Assembly: GCA_964627935.1 (NCBI GenBank)
Contig: CAZVLB010000004.1
Location: forward strand, 153,842 to 217,841
From: an uncultured Ignavibacteria bacterium
GTDB lineage: Bacteria; Zixibacteria; MSB-5A5; JAABVY01
Length of the DNA: 64,000 nt
Direction: 5' to 3'
The translations under genes and the position numbers were made by a program. Of this stretch, positions 35,245 to 46,757 are shown one piece after another; positions within the stretch are counted from its first letter, which is position 1; each line of letters starts with the position of its first letter. The notes under the pieces are model-generated. The model had not been told where the DNA came from, made no database searches, and worked only from the letters and a program-made list of their open reading frames with translations.

Positions 35245-38200
35245 CTATTTTGCTGATGAGGTCGAGGGGGTAAATTTAATTGATAATTCTTTAAACTTAT
35301 CCAGAATTTTGTATAAGCTGATATAGGTAACAGGAATCAGTACCAGCGTAATCATGGTCGATACGAGCAGCCCGCCAATAACAGCGCGGGCCAATGCGGC
35401 CTGAATCTCGCCACCCGCTCCGCCTCCGAAACTTAGTGGCAGCATGCCCAGGATTGTCGTCGCCGATGTCATCAAAATCGGCCGCAAACGCATACGACCC
35501 GCCTGCACCACAGCCTGCATAATCGGCAGGTCCTTTTCACGGCGCATCAGGTTGATATAATCCACCAGCACGATAGCATTGTTGACCACGATCCCGATCA
35601 GCATGATAATACCCATCAGGCTCTGCATGTTTAGCGATGTTCCCGTAATCAGAAGAGTTGGCACAACACCGATAATAGCCATCGGAACAGCCACCATGAC
35701 GATCAATGGATCAAGAAAGCGTTCAAACTGCGCGGCCATAACCATGTAGATCAGTATCAGCGCCATAATAACCGACAACACGAAATCCGACTGGGCTTTC
35801 TGCTGTTCCTCGTATTCACCGCTGAATATCAGCGAAAAGCCCTCGGGCAGTGGGAGATCGTACAATTCATTCTGCAGTTTGTTGACAGCATCTCCCAGCG
35901 CCACGCCACTTTCCAGGTTGGCAGTGATATATGTCACACGCTGGCCATCGACTCTTTCTATTTCGGTTGGACTGCGCCGCCGGTCAGTCGATACCACAGA
36001 CGATACCGGAAGTACCTGCCCGCCGGGAGTCTTGACCGAGACATTGCGCAGATCATGAGTGCTCAGTCTGTCTTCGGGCTGCAGGCGCACCATGATCGGA
36101 TATTCCTCACCACCTTCACGAAATACACCTGCTCGTCCACCGCCTACATTAGTCTGGATAATTCGTGCAATCTGATTTACTGACAATCCCAGTTCGGCGA
36201 TTTTTTCACGGTCGATGATAAGATTCTGCTCCGGTCGTCCTTCGCGGCGGCTGATCCTGACATCCGCAATCTCCGGATATTCCTCCATTATGCTTTTGAT
36301 ATCCTGTGCGATCATATCTGCCAGTGCCAGGTCATAGCCACGCAATTCCATCTGCACCGCCTCGGCTCCACCCGAACCGAACAGCCTGCGTAACATCCAC
36401 AGTCCGGATTGCGCACTGACACGCACATTGGCCCCCGGAATTCTGCCGCTGACATGATTGCGAATTTCGTCCGCCAGTTCGAAGCTGTTGACCGAGCGCA
36501 CATCGGCATTTTTCAGCGATATCTCAACCTCAGCGTCACCGGGACGGATTTCGATCGAGAGATGCTCGACCTGATCCATGGGCAGAACCTCGCGTACAAT
36601 GCTGTCCATTTCATGCAGGTATTCATTTACGACTGCAATATTTGTCCCCTGGGCCATCTCCAGTTCAACATCAATTTCGTTGGCATCGGTCTGCGGCGCA
36701 AGTTCCACGGGCAGCAACTGCCACAAAAATATGGTCCCGATCAGAAGAGACACGGCAATTCCAAAAACGAATTTCTTTTTGGTAATAGCTTTCTCGATAA
36801 AACCCATATATTTGATTTCCAGATACTCGGTCCACCTGGCGAACCTGGACCGTTTCTGTTCCTGCTCCTTCTTCTTCACTGTCAGATAACGACTGGCCAG
36901 CATGGGCACCAGTGTCAGCGCAACCAGGAGCGAACAGAACAGGGCAAACACTACCACCAGGGCCAGCTCCTTGAAGAGCATGCCTGAAATAGTCTGCATG
37001 AACACCACCGGAAGGAAGATCACCGATGTGGTCAATGTCGAGGCGATAATCGCGCCGGTAACCTGCCTGGTTCCGGTTAGTGAACTTTCCTTGAGGGAAT
37101 TGCCCCGTTCACGTAACCTTACTATATTTTCCAGCACGACAATCGAGTTGTCCACAATCAATCCAATGCCCAGGGCCAGCCCTCCAAAACTCATCTGATT
37201 AAGCGAGATACCGTTAAAATAAAGCACCCCAAAGGTGGCGATAATGGAAATCGGAATTGATAGCGCTATAATAAATGTAGTCGAACCGTTTCGCAGAAAA
37301 ACATAAAGAACGAATATCGCCAGTAGTCCGCCCCATAATGTCGCCTGCTTTACGTTGTCAATGGCATTCTGGATAAAATCGCTCTGGTCGATAACCATCA
37401 TCAGGTCAATATCATCACGTTCGCGGTTGATCTGTGCCATTACAGCGCGCGCTTTTTCGGCCACTTCCACGGTATTTGCGCCCGACTGCTTGCGGATACC
37501 CAGCCTGATCATCGGCCGGCCGTCAATCTGCACCAGGCGATGAACATCCTGGTATCCATCAACAACCTCGGCCACATCGCCGACACGGATCGGTTTGCCA
37601 TCGACAACCGTGATAATCGTCGAAGCAATCTGCTCTATCGACTGGAATTCGCCCCGCGTGCGCACATACATGTCGGCGATGCCCTCGCGCATATCACCGC
37701 CCGGCAATGTGACATTCTCCTCAATCAACGCCTGCCGGACATCGGCCGCAGAAAGACGACTGGAGGCCAGCCTGTCCCGTTTCAACCGAATCTGGACTTC
37801 GCGATATATACCGCCCCATACATCAACTGAACCGACACCCTCAATCTGCTCGAATCGCTGAGAAATCTCACGTTCCAGGATTCGAGTCAGTTCCTCCATA
37901 CCGCGATCCGACTGTGCGCCCAGAATCACCACCGGGAAATTATCCGGATCGAACTTCCACAGCCGCGGCGGTTCAACCTCGGGCGGGAAGTCATCACGGA
38001 TGCGGTCCAGGGCGGCACGCACATCATTGGCCGCCGCATCAATATTTGTGCCCTGGGAGAATTCGAGTGTCACACGACTTCGGCCCTCGCTCGATGATGA
38101 CCGCACCTCCTCGATATTGGGTACGCTGGCAATAGCATTTTCAACTTTATCTGTAATAATCGTTTCGATCTCTTCCGGACCGACATTGGGATAGCTTGTC

Positions 38201-38343
38201 GAAATACTCAGGCGCGGATAATCGATAGGCGGCAACAGGTCAACCGGCAGGAAACGAAATCCCATAATGCCCAGCACAATGATAATCAGAAACACCATTG
38301 TAGTGGCAATGGGGCGATTTACGGCAACTTTGGTTATACTCAT
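35245..38343 (-). CDS. RND efflux transporter permease (AcrB/HAE1 family)
   Basis: 1032 aa. N-terminus 'MSITKVAVNRPIATTMVFLIIIVLGIMGFRFLPVDLLP', 12-TM architecture with two large periplasmic loops, and a conserved 'DNSIVVLENI'. Confidence 0.9.
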   Translation of the reverse strand: MSITKVAVNRPIATTMVFLIIIVLGIMGFRFLPVDLLPPIDYPRLSISTSYPNVGPEEIETIITDKVENAIASVPNIEEVRSSSSEGRSRVTLEFSQGTNIDAAANDVRAALDRIRDDFPPEVEPPRLWKFDPDNFPVVILGAQSDRGMEELTRILEREISQRFEQIEGVGSVDVWGGIYREVQIRLKRDRLASSRLSAADVRQALIEENVTLPGGDMREGIADMYVRTRGEFQSIEQIASTIITVVDGKPIRVGDVAEVVDGYQDVHRLVQIDGRPMIRLGIRKQSGANTVEVAEKARAVMAQINRERDDIDLMMVIDQSDFIQNAIDNVKQATLWGGLLAIFVLYVFLRNGSTTFIIALSIPISIIATFGVLYFNGISLNQMSFGGLALGIGLIVDNSIVVLENIVRLRERGNSLKESSLTGTRQVTGAIIASTLTTSVIFLPVVFMQTISGMLFKELALVVVFALFCSLLVALTLVPMLASRYLTVKKKEQEQKRSRFARWTEYLEIKYMGFIEKAITKKKFVFGIAVSLLIGTIFLWQLLPVELAPQTDANEIDVELEMAQGTNIAVVNEYLHEMDSIVREVLPMDQVEHLSIEIRPGDAEVEISLKNADVRSVNSFELADEIRNHVSGRIPGANVRVSAQSGLWMLRRLFGSGGAEAVQMELRGYDLALADMIAQDIKSIMEEYPEIADVRISRREGRPEQNLIIDREKIAELGLSVNQIARIIQTNVGGGRAGVFREGGEEYPIMVRLQPEDRLSTHDLRNVSVKTPGGQVLPVSSVVSTDRRRSPTEIERVDGQRVTYITANLESGVALGDAVNKLQNELYDLPLPEGFSLIFSGEYEEQQKAQSDFVLSVIMALILIYMVMAAQFERFLDPLIVMVAVPMAIIGVVPTLLITGTSLNMQSLMGIIMLIGIVVNNAIVLVDYINLMRREKDLPIMQAVVQAGRMRLRPILMTSATTILGMLPLSFGGGAGGEIQAALARAVIGGLLVSTMITLVLIPVTYISLYKILDKFKELSIKFTPSTSSAK

Positions 38344-38366
38344 AATCTGATCCTGATCTCAGGAGA

Positions 38367-39674
38367 TTATATGCCGGTGCCGGAGGTGTCTTTTCCGGCC
38401 GCCTGCTGTTCCTGCAAAACTTCCTGCAGGAGGTCCTCACGCTGTATTTTCTGGAGGCGTTCCACACGTTGCCAGTCGACCGGACGAACCCGTGCACGAC
38501 CCGCTTCGCCGCCGAAAAGGTCCTGGCCGATCGTGACCACCCAGTTGTCCGGCTCTACACCGCTGATACCGGCGCTCATACGACCGGTGGCGATCACATT
38601 GACCGGCACGAAATCAAACGGCACAGGCTCTGTCAGGCTTCCGGTTCCGCCTTCAGGTAACGGCTCCATGGGGATTCGGTTCAATGTGTCACGGCTGACA
38701 TAGACTCCCGTGGCGCCGCTTAATGGATTCTCGTACAATGCGCTGATCGGCACCAACGTGGCCTGTTCGCTTTCGCCATAGTAGATATCCACCGTTACGA
38801 ACATGCCCGATTTTAGATTATGGTCCGGATTGGCGAGATCGATTTCAGCATCGGTGCTGTGCGTTACCGGATGAAGAAACGGCGAGATGCGTGACAGAGG
38901 GGCCGACAATATTTTGCTGCCCGCGCTCGATGACCTGATTTCCGACCGCTGGCCCCTTTCAATATAAGTCAGCATTCTATCTGTTAATACTACTTCAATC
39001 CTGACCGTGTCGAGCTGGCCTATTGTAATCAATTTTGTTCCCGGGCTGACCATCATGCCGATTTCGGCATTGCGATTGCCAACCGTGCCATCAACAGGAG
39101 CACGTATGACCGTCTGCGTCAATGCCTCCTCGCGTTCAGCCACGGTTGCCCGGGCCTGCTCGACCCGCGCCTGTGCCAGCTCATAATCAGCCTCGGCCGA
39201 GATTGCCTGCGTTTCGATCGCTTCCAGCTCAGCATCGCTGGTCAGGTCCTTTTCCGCCAACGACCGGGCTCTTTTCAGTTCGGAGTTTATTTCGTTCAAC
39301 CGGGCCCGAGCCTGTTTTGCCTCCGCCCGGGCAATCTGTAAGGCCGCCCGCGCCTGCTTCAATCTTTCCTGGAATTCTTTGTCGCGCAACATGATCAATG
39401 GCTGGCCCTGCTCGACTTCATCACCGTTCTGGACATTCACAGATTCAATCAATGCAGAGATCTCCGGGTATATCTCAACCTGGTTTTTGGCCTTGACTAC
39501 ACCGCTCAAACGTTCTGTTAACGGCAATGATCCGTATTGAGCCTGAACCGCTTCCACGGCGGGAATCAGACGTTCACCGCCGCTGCGGGCATTTCCCTCA
39601 TCCCCGGAACATCCGGATAGCATCAGAAACACATAGATGAAAAAGGGAATAGCTGTATATCGTGGGAGTTTCAT
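38367..39674 (-). CDS. RND efflux membrane fusion protein (HlyD/AcrA family), lipoprotein
   Basis: 435 aa. Lipobox 'MLSGCSG', coiled-coil hairpin ('LQIARAEAKQARARLNEINSELKRARSLAE…'), and a beta-barrel/MP domain. Directly upstream of and co-directional with the RND permease. Confidence 0.85.
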   Translation of the reverse strand: MKLPRYTAIPFFIYVFLMLSGCSGDEGNARSGGERLIPAVEAVQAQYGSLPLTERLSGVVKAKNQVEIYPEISALIESVNVQNGDEVEQGQPLIMLRDKEFQERLKQARAALQIARAEAKQARARLNEINSELKRARSLAEKDLTSDAELEAIETQAISAEADYELAQARVEQARATVAEREEALTQTVIRAPVDGTVGNRNAEIGMMVSPGTKLITIGQLDTVRIEVVLTDRMLTYIERGQRSEIRSSSAGSKILSAPLSRISPFLHPVTHSTDAEIDLANPDHNLKSGMFVTVDIYYGESEQATLVPISALYENPLSGATGVYVSRDTLNRIPMEPLPEGGTGSLTEPVPFDFVPVNVIATGRMSAGISGVEPDNWVVTIGQDLFGGEAGRARVRPVDWQRVERLQKIQREDLLQEVLQEQQAAGKDTSGTGI

Positions 39675-39899
39675 TGTCGTTTTTCTGATTGTGTCAGCCT
39701 TATCAAGTAGGTTAATAGCATGCTCTTGTTTTTTGTCTTAACAAAGAAAGCCTGCATAAGTTTTTAATTATACAAAAAATAATGAAATGATGTTCCGAAG
39801 TACAGCCAAATCAAATGATTAAAAGGGTTTTATAAAAGATGGGTAAATGTGGTTAATCAATGCCGGGGCCGGGATTTAAGCTTGTGGATTAATATTATT

Positions 39900-40661
39900 T
39901 TACTCCGCCCTAAGTCGATAAACCAGCCCGGCACTTGCACCGAATTCCGTAACATCCAGGGTCCAGACGATCCGCCAGTTGATATCGAGTGCCAGGTTTC
40001 TGCTGATGGCAATCCGATTGCCCTGAACAAATCCGACATGATAATAGGGCCAGACACCCAAGCCCACGCTTGATCTGACTCTTTCTCCAAGAGGGGCCGA
40101 CATGACCAGCAATGTCTGCCCGCCGCCGGATGCCAGCGGTGTTGATTCCATCAGGCTGAACATAACATTGAAACCGGTCATCGAGCCAATCCGAATATGG
40201 CCCGAAACGTCACCCGTATGTTCAACCTGGCCATCTTTAAATCTGCGGGGCACATTGCCGAATATCACTCCCAGGCCCATACCCACGTATTCAGTTTCGA
40301 CAGCAATACAGGGATTGAAATAACTGTAGGAGTAATCCCGAAGGAGAATTGGATTGTTATAATCACCTGTCAGAAGATCGATATCACCATACCAGTAGCC
40401 TCCCCGCGCGCCGAGAATAAAGGGTGAATTGAAATTAAGCGGAAGCCTTAAATAAACTTCTCCGGCGACATCAATGAATTCACTGCCGACCGCCCGCTCG
40501 GCGCCGTCACATCCGGTAATCACCGAGGCTATTTGTCCACCTCCGCCGTGAATCCCGACCTGAAAATCGGTCGAATCAGGATCGTCCTGATACAAACCGA
40601 CCGGCAGTACCAGCGCCAGAACACAGCAGAAACATCCCCGAATAAACTTTTTAATCAGCAT
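39900..40661 (-). CDS. hypothetical secreted/outer-membrane protein
   Basis: 253-aa ORF with a signal peptide ('MLIKKFIRGCFCCVLALVLPVGLYQ'). It shows an alternating hydrophobic beta-strand pattern with Gly/Tyr-rich segments suggesting a small beta-barrel. Confidence 0.4.
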   Translation of the reverse strand: MLIKKFIRGCFCCVLALVLPVGLYQDDPDSTDFQVGIHGGGGQIASVITGCDGAERAVGSEFIDVAGEVYLRLPLNFNSPFILGARGGYWYGDIDLLTGDYNNPILLRDYSYSYFNPCIAVETEYVGMGLGVIFGNVPRRFKDGQVEHTGDVSGHIRIGSMTGFNVMFSLMESTPLASGGGQTLLVMSAPLGERVRSSVGLGVWPYYHVGFVQGNRIAISRNLALDINWRIVWTLDVTEFGASAGLVYRLRAE

Positions 40662-40948
40662 AATACGTTCACTTAATAATAATTAGCGCAGAGGGGAGTT
40701 AAAAGTCAATGTTTTAATATTTCTGAATAAAGAAGACAAAAATGCCGGCATTAAAGGCCTGTTTGGCCCGGACTCCACTGCGTCAAAATTTGCTCTTTTG
40801 CATAATGAGTGAGTTTAGTATTCGTCCACAACGAAATAATAAACTCAAGTAATTCTATAAACTATCCGATTCTATCTATGATTACAACAGTGGGAATTAG
40901 GGAGGAAAAATCATAAAAAAAACTACTACCATAGTATATGTAATCTGC

Positions 40949-42331
40949 TTGTTTCTGGGGCTCACGGCACAGGTTTTTGCGGTTCAATATTTTGAATCAT
41001 CAATGGGTTATTCAGTAGGAGCATGGCCCATGGGTGCAACCGCGGCGGACTTCAATGGTGATGGCTACCTGGATCTGGCCGTGGCAAATAATCCCGGCAG
41101 TAATATTTCTGTCTTGATCAATGACGGTGATGGGACCTTTGCAACCCAGGTATTTTATGCCACAAATCCGTCACAGTATCCATATAATGTCACCGCAGGT
41201 GATATGGATAAGGATGGAAATGTAGATATCGTTACAGGCGGAAGCATGGGGTTTGTGATATTTTACGGTAATGGCGACGGTACTTTCGCGGCCGCTGACA
41301 ATCACTACTTTGTCGAAACTGTACAAGATGTCGTAGTTGCCGATTTTAACAATGATACCTATCTGGATATTGCCACATCCCATGCGGTCCGTGATTCTGT
41401 TGGCATTCATATCAATAACCACGATTCGACCTATACAACTCATTTAGTTCCAACAGGGCAGGGAACCATCTCTCTTTCCGCCGCCCACTTGGATGGAGAC
41501 AGTTATATCGATCTGCTGGTGGGATGTAACAAGGGCGTGGTATGGAACCTGAAAAATGATCAGAGCGGCAGCTTTACCGGAACCGAGGTACATCTCGGTA
41601 TTCTGGATGATCCGGCCAGGATCGATGTGACCGATCTGGATGGCGACAATATCGGCGATTTCGTTGTGATTCATGCCGTTAATGATTTCCTGTTTCCATA
41701 CTTCAATAATGGAGATGGTACATATACGGTTGGCAGCGGCCATGTTACTACCGATAATCCCATCGCTGTTCGATTTGCTGATGTCAATGGCGACAGCAAT
41801 GAGGATATCCTTGTCGGCTACGGTACCTCTGACAGCGTGGAGCTTTATCTGAATCTCGGGTCAAATACATTCAGCCGCGATTCAGCCTATGATGTGGGCG
41901 GTACTCCGAAAGATATCGTGTATGCCGATCTGGATAATGACGGTTACAAAGATATGGCTGTGACAGCATACAATGGCGATAAAATCGAGGTCTTTCTGAG
42001 CAGGCTTTCTTTGATCGTTTCTGTCGATGATGTCACCACCGGTGCAGTACCGGATAAATATTCGCTGGAGCAGAACTACCCCAACCCCTTCAACCCGGAA
42101 ACCCATATCAGGTTCGCATTGCCGAAATCATCATATGTCAAGGTCGAGGTGTTCAATATGCTGGGCCGGTCGGTGGCGGTTCTGGTTGATGATTATCTGG
42201 AAGCGGGGATCAAGGAAGTCACCTGGAACGGCGTAAACAATTCCGGCCGGAAAGTCGCATCGGGAATTTACATGTACCGCGTCACAACCGACCAGTTCAC
42301 CGATTCAAAGACAATGCTGCTCCTGAAATAA
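40949..42331 (+). CDS. FG-GAP/VCBS-repeat secreted protein with T9SS C-terminal sorting domain
   Basis: 460 aa with a signal peptide. Repeated FG-GAP Ca-binding motifs ('DFNGDGYLDLAV', 'DMDKDGNVDIV', 'DLDGDNIGDFVV', 'DVNGDSNEDILV', 'DLDNDGYKDMAV'). C-terminal 'LEQNYPNPFNPETHIRFALPKSS…GIYMYRV…KTMLLLK'. Confidence 0.75.
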   Translation: MFLGLTAQVFAVQYFESSMGYSVGAWPMGATAADFNGDGYLDLAVANNPGSNISVLINDGDGTFATQVFYATNPSQYPYNVTAGDMDKDGNVDIVTGGSMGFVIFYGNGDGTFAAADNHYFVETVQDVVVADFNNDTYLDIATSHAVRDSVGIHINNHDSTYTTHLVPTGQGTISLSAAHLDGDSYIDLLVGCNKGVVWNLKNDQSGSFTGTEVHLGILDDPARIDVTDLDGDNIGDFVVIHAVNDFLFPYFNNGDGTYTVGSGHVTTDNPIAVRFADVNGDSNEDILVGYGTSDSVELYLNLGSNTFSRDSAYDVGGTPKDIVYADLDNDGYKDMAVTAYNGDKIEVFLSRLSLIVSVDDVTTGAVPDKYSLEQNYPNPFNPETHIRFALPKSSYVKVEVFNMLGRSVAVLVDDYLEAGIKEVTWNGVNNSGRKVASGIYMYRVTTDQFTDSKTMLLLK

Positions 42332-42360
42332 GATTTTAACACTCGAATCAAATCATGCAA

Positions 42361-42394
42361 ATCCTGTCGGCTTAAAACCGGCAGGATTTTTTTC
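42361..42394 (+). terminator. rho-independent terminator after FG-GAP T9SS gene
   Basis: A 10-bp stem (atcctgtcgg / ccggcaggat, one G·U), a 7-nt loop, then TTTTTTT. Confidence 0.7.
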
Positions 42395-42577
42395 TGAAAG
42401 CCCTTGTAATGTTCCGGTTATTAAATTCCATCAAACCTATCCGATTATTCCCAGGTTACCGGGAGCAAAAGACCAGCATATATGTTAATATATAAATTCC
42501 CACAGCTAAAACTTAATTGCCTGAAAAAAAGATATGGCTTATATTCGGCTGAATTTGTCTGAACGAATCTAAAACAG

Positions 42578-44323
42578 TTGTCCGAATCCGGGCCGACATT
42601 TGTACAACGGAGCACTGACATGAAATTTATTCCCTCGCAAATCCTGTACTTTGCCCGCAGCCGCACCACCAAGCAGAATGTCAAGCTTTTGATGCGCTTT
42701 CTGATTTCGCTGGCTGTGCTGGTTACGATATACAGTATTCTGTTTCATTTCATCATGCTTCACGAAGACAAAGAGTATTCCTGGATAACCGGCCTGTACT
42801 GGACCCTGACTGTCATGTCTACCCTGGGTTTTGGCGATATCACTTTCGCAAGCGACCTGGGCAAGGCTTTTTCGCTGGTGGTACTGCTTTCCGGTATCCT
42901 GTTCCTGCTGGTCATGCTGCCATTTACGTTCATTCAGTTTTTCTATGCTCCATGGCTCGAAGCGCAGTCGCGGGCCAAAACACCCCGCGAGTTGCCATCA
43001 ACAACATCGGGGCATATAATCCTGACCAGTTTTGACAGCCTGACTGTCAACCTTGTGTATAAGCTGGCAAAATATAATTACGAGTATGTTATCGTCGCTC
43101 CTGACCTGCAACGGGCACGGGAGCTGTATGAAATGGAATTTAAGGTCGTGGTAGGCGATCTGGGCGATGCGGATACGTTTCGCCGGCTCAGGGTGGAAAA
43201 CGCCGCCATGATAGTAGCAAACAATGAGGACACACTCAATACCAATATTGCCTTTACAGTGCGCGAAATAACCAAAGATGTTCCCGTGGTTACCAACGCC
43301 AACTCGAATGATTCCATAGATATCCTCGAACTGGCCGGGAGCACATATGTCTTCCAATTCATGAAGATGCTCGGTGAATCGCTGGCGCGGCGGACGCTTG
43401 GCATGAGCATCGGGGCAAATGTGATCGGACGCTTCGATCAGCTGATTATTGCCGAGGCCTCGGCGATGAGGACGCCACTGGAAGGAAAAACACTGATTGA
43501 TAACCGTATCCGCGAAAAAACCGGAACAACTGTGGTCGGCCTTTGGAAACGCGGTGAATTCCGGGTCCCGCGCCCCGATTCCCGCATCGATTCAACCACC
43601 GTGCTTGTGCTCGCCGGCACTTCAGAACAACTTGAAAATTTCGAAAAGACCTTTTACACGGACAGTTCCCGACCCTCCAACCAATCCCTGGTTCTTATTC
43701 TGGGAGGCGGACGGGTCGGGCAGGCGGCGGCTAATGTCCTGAAGGAGCGGGGAATTAATTATCGCATAGTGGAGAAGAATCCCAGGTTTATTCGGGGCGA
43801 AAACTATATTGAAGGGGATGCCGCCGATATTAACACTCTCTATGAGGCCGGTATACGCGAGGCGACCTCGGTGCTTGTCACCACGCATGATGATTCCGTA
43901 AATGTCTACCTCACCATATATTGCCGTAAGCTGCGATCTGATGTGCAGATTATCAGCCGGGCCAATATCGATCGCAATATCTCCAAGCTCCATAGCGCCG
44001 GCGCAGATCTTGTCATGTCACATGCCTCGATCGGGGCAAATACGATAATAAATCTGCTTTTGCCGAACAGGATAATGATGGTGTCCGAGGGTCTCAATGT
44101 CTTTCGGGTTCCGGTTCACAAATCGTTTGCCGGAAAAACTCTGGCCGAGATCCCGATCAGGCAGCAAACCGGCTGCAGCGTAATAGCTATCGGCAAAGAA
44201 GACGATTTGAATATCAATCCCGGACCTTCGGCTGTCCTTGACGCTGACGATGAAATAGTACTCATCGGCACTGGAGAGGCCGAGAAACGTCTGATGGACA
44301 TCTACCTGCAATCTCCCAAATAG
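42578..44323 (+). CDS. potassium channel with tandem RCK (TrkA-N/TrkA-C) domains
   Basis: 581 aa with two TM helices flanking a pore helix. The selectivity filter 'MSTLGFGDITF' is a variant of TxGYGD. Two Rossmann RCK modules ('IILTSFDSLTVNLVY…', 'VLILGGGRVGQAAANVLKERG') each carry a TrkA-C. Confidence 0.8.
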   Translation: MSESGPTFVQRSTDMKFIPSQILYFARSRTTKQNVKLLMRFLISLAVLVTIYSILFHFIMLHEDKEYSWITGLYWTLTVMSTLGFGDITFASDLGKAFSLVVLLSGILFLLVMLPFTFIQFFYAPWLEAQSRAKTPRELPSTTSGHIILTSFDSLTVNLVYKLAKYNYEYVIVAPDLQRARELYEMEFKVVVGDLGDADTFRRLRVENAAMIVANNEDTLNTNIAFTVREITKDVPVVTNANSNDSIDILELAGSTYVFQFMKMLGESLARRTLGMSIGANVIGRFDQLIIAEASAMRTPLEGKTLIDNRIREKTGTTVVGLWKRGEFRVPRPDSRIDSTTVLVLAGTSEQLENFEKTFYTDSSRPSNQSLVLILGGGRVGQAAANVLKERGINYRIVEKNPRFIRGENYIEGDAADINTLYEAGIREATSVLVTTHDDSVNVYLTIYCRKLRSDVQIISRANIDRNISKLHSAGADLVMSHASIGANTIINLLLPNRIMMVSEGLNVFRVPVHKSFAGKTLAEIPIRQQTGCSVIAIGKEDDLNINPGPSAVLDADDEIVLIGTGEAEKRLMDIYLQSPK

Positions 44324-44547
44324 CCGAAATCCCGGCCATTGCAGATAAAGCAAACCAATCCCCAGGTTTCCATCCAGCTCCCATCAGCGACTATTTCAAA
44401 ATGAAATGACTATGATTACATAATGATAGGGTAAATGTCAGGCTGAAATTTCCTGCTTCTTATTGTCACAAAAAGTACAACGTTAACTATTTACAAATCA
44501 ATAGATTAAAATCAACCACGGGTATTTTGTAAGGTGGATTGATTTGT

Positions 44548-44564
44548 CCGGCATTGCCATTGCT
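44548..44564 (+). promoter_or_regulatory. candidate sigma-54 (-24/-12) promoter upstream of NifX-like/malic-enzyme genes
   Basis: 'cGGCATtgccatTGCTt': GG-N10-GC spacing, with a GGCA -24 core and a TTGC -12 core. It lies about 70 nt upstream of the ATG at 44633. Confidence 0.3.
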
Positions 44565-44632
44565 TATGTGTTAATCAGGAAAAATACAATTGAACTCTTT
44601 CAGCAATCAAACACTCATGAAAGGAGTGCAAA

Positions 44633-45001
44633 ATGGTAATCGCAATCGCGGCAAACTCAAAAGACCCTGAAAGCCTGGTCGGTTCGCGTTTCTGTACGGC
44701 GAAATATTTTCATCTCATCGATTCAACCACACATGAAGTCAAAGTGATAGAGAATAGTCTCTGCAGCGGCGATCTGAGCGATGTCGAAAAACGTGCCGCC
44801 GATTTGATTATCGGCAACGGGGTCGGTCTGGTACTGGCAGGTCAGTGCGGGCCATTGGCGTTTCAGTCGTTAAGCACAGCCGGTGTACATGTAATCGCGG
44901 CCGTGGACGGCATGGTCAAAGACGCTGCCAAAGATTACTGCTTCTGGGATGATGACAATGAGTATTCAATGAAAGCCGAACCGTGGTGGCACTGGAGATA
45001 G
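44633..45001 (+). CDS. NifX/NifB-like dinitrogenase FeMo-cofactor-family small protein
   Basis: 122 aa. 'MVIAIAAN…[13 protein letters not shown]…[31 protein letters not shown]' matches the fold pattern of the NifB/NifX/NafY family (PF02579). RBS AAAGGAG sits 7 nt upstream. Confidence 0.65.
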   Translation: MVIAIAANSKDPESLVGSRFCTAKYFHLIDSTTHEVKVIENSLCSGDLSDVEKRAADLIIGNGVGLVLAGQCGPLAFQSLSTAGVHVIAAVDGMVKDAAKDYCFWDDDNEYSMKAEPWWHWR

Positions 45002-45003
45002 AT

Positions 45004-46722
45004 ATGGCAACGGTATATACGTCTTTAAAACAGGAGGACAGCATCGAGGTCGCCTGTACCGGCGAAAGGCTTCTTAATAATCCCCGCTTTAACAAGGGTT
45101 CCGCTTTCACCCTTGAAGAACGTCGAATGTTTGGACTGAAAGGTCTCTTGCCGGCGCATGTCGTGAATATGGAGGATCAGGTTGCCATCGAATACGAGCA
45201 TCTGCAGTCAAAGCGCGATGATCTTGAACGGCTTATCGGCTTAATGGCGCTCCAGGATCGCAATGAAACGCTGTTCTATCGATTAATAATTGAAAATCTT
45301 GAGGAGACATTGCCTATTGTATATACCCCGACTATAGGCCAGGCCTGCCAGCAGTACAGCCACATTTTCAGGCGCCCACGGGGAATCTGGATCACCCCGG
45401 ATGATATTGATTCGATTCCGCGTATTCTTGGCAATCTGAATTGTGATGAGATCAGGTTGATTGTGGCGACCGATAATGAACGTATACTCGGGCTTGGCGA
45501 TCTGGGTGCGGGCGGAATTGGTATTCCCTGCGGAAAAATCGCACTGTATTGTGCCGCCGCCGGAATTCCTCCGGCTTCCTGTCTGCCGGTAAGCCTGGAT
45601 GTCGGTACAAACAATATCGATCTGCTGGAAGATCCCTATTATCTTGGATACAGGCGACGTCGACTGCAGGGAGACCGCTATTATGAGTTCATTGAGGCCT
45701 TTGTCGAGGCCGTAAAGGACGTCTTGCCAAAAGCTCTCTTGCAGTTTGAAGATTTCAAAAAAGAAAATGCCATGATCCTGCTCGATCGTTACCGGCATCG
45801 TATCGCCTGCTTCAATGATGATATCCAGGGTACGGCAGCTGTTGGTGTGGCCGGGATACTTTCCGCGCTGCGGATCACCGGCAGTCAGCTGTCCGACCAG
45901 AAAATAGTCTTTGCCGGGGCAGGAGCAGCCGGCATTGGTATCGGCAAGATGCTTGAAATGGCTATGATCGAGGATGGCTGCAGCCCCCAGACCATAAAAA
46001 ATTCCATGCTGTATGTTGACAGTCGCGGGTTATTGACCCAAAATTCGCCGCGCCGGGAAGCATATAAGCAGGAAGTGGCCGTGACCCCGGAAACGGTTCA
46101 TCAACTCGGCTTTTCCGGCAGCGAACCGTTTAGCCTGCTGGATGTGGTAAAGGCTGTGCATCCAACAATTCTAATCGGGACCTCAACAGTCAGCGGCCTG
46201 TTTACGAAAGAAATAGTGCGGGAGATGGCCAAACACTGCGATCGGCCGATTATTATGCCCCTCAGCAATCCATCGTCGAAAGCCGAATGTACACCGGCCC
46301 AGGCCATAAAATGGACAGAAGGAAAGGCGATAGTCGCCACCGGCAGCCCATTCGATCCGGTTGAATATAACGGCCGGACCCATGTTGTGGGCCAGGGTAA
46401 CAATGTATTTATCTTTCCGGGAATTGGATTGGGCTGCATTCTCAGCGAAGTTCGTGAGGTTACAGATGACCTGTTCCTGACAGCGGCGCGAGCCCTGGCG
46501 GAAATGGTCCCCGAAAAAAGACTGTGCCAGGGAGCAATCTATCCCCGGATTAATAATCTTCGTCGGGTTAGCGCAAAAGTGGCTGTTTCAGTCATGAAAA
46601 AAGCGCGGGATATGAAACTCGGCCGCTTCCTGACTGATGGCGAAATAATAGAATTAGTGGAAAATTCCATGTGGTTCCCCGAGTATCGTCAATACCGATT
46701 GCCGCAACGCAATGGGTTTTAA
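45004..46722 (+). CDS. maeA: NAD(P)-dependent malic enzyme
   Basis: Classic malic-enzyme N-terminus '[28 protein letters not shown]' and dinucleotide site '[13 protein letters not shown]'. The ATG is 3 nt after the upstream stop, with GGAG upstream. I chose the internal ATG rather than the ORF-track start 44983. Confidence 0.85.
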   Translation: MATVYTSLKQEDSIEVACTGERLLNNPRFNKGSAFTLEERRMFGLKGLLPAHVVNMEDQVAIEYEHLQSKRDDLERLIGLMALQDRNETLFYRLIIENLEETLPIVYTPTIGQACQQYSHIFRRPRGIWITPDDIDSIPRILGNLNCDEIRLIVATDNERILGLGDLGAGGIGIPCGKIALYCAAAGIPPASCLPVSLDVGTNNIDLLEDPYYLGYRRRRLQGDRYYEFIEAFVEAVKDVLPKALLQFEDFKKENAMILLDRYRHRIACFNDDIQGTAAVGVAGILSALRITGSQLSDQKIVFAGAGAAGIGIGKMLEMAMIEDGCSPQTIKNSMLYVDSRGLLTQNSPRREAYKQEVAVTPETVHQLGFSGSEPFSLLDVVKAVHPTILIGTSTVSGLFTKEIVREMAKHCDRPIIMPLSNPSSKAECTPAQAIKWTEGKAIVATGSPFDPVEYNGRTHVVGQGNNVFIFPGIGLGCILSEVREVTDDLFLTAARALAEMVPEKRLCQGAIYPRINNLRRVSAKVAVSVMKKARDMKLGRFLTDGEIIELVENSMWFPEYRQYRLPQRNGF

Positions 46723-46757
46723 TGTATTAGGTGAATCTGCATGGTTGGTTCGAACAG

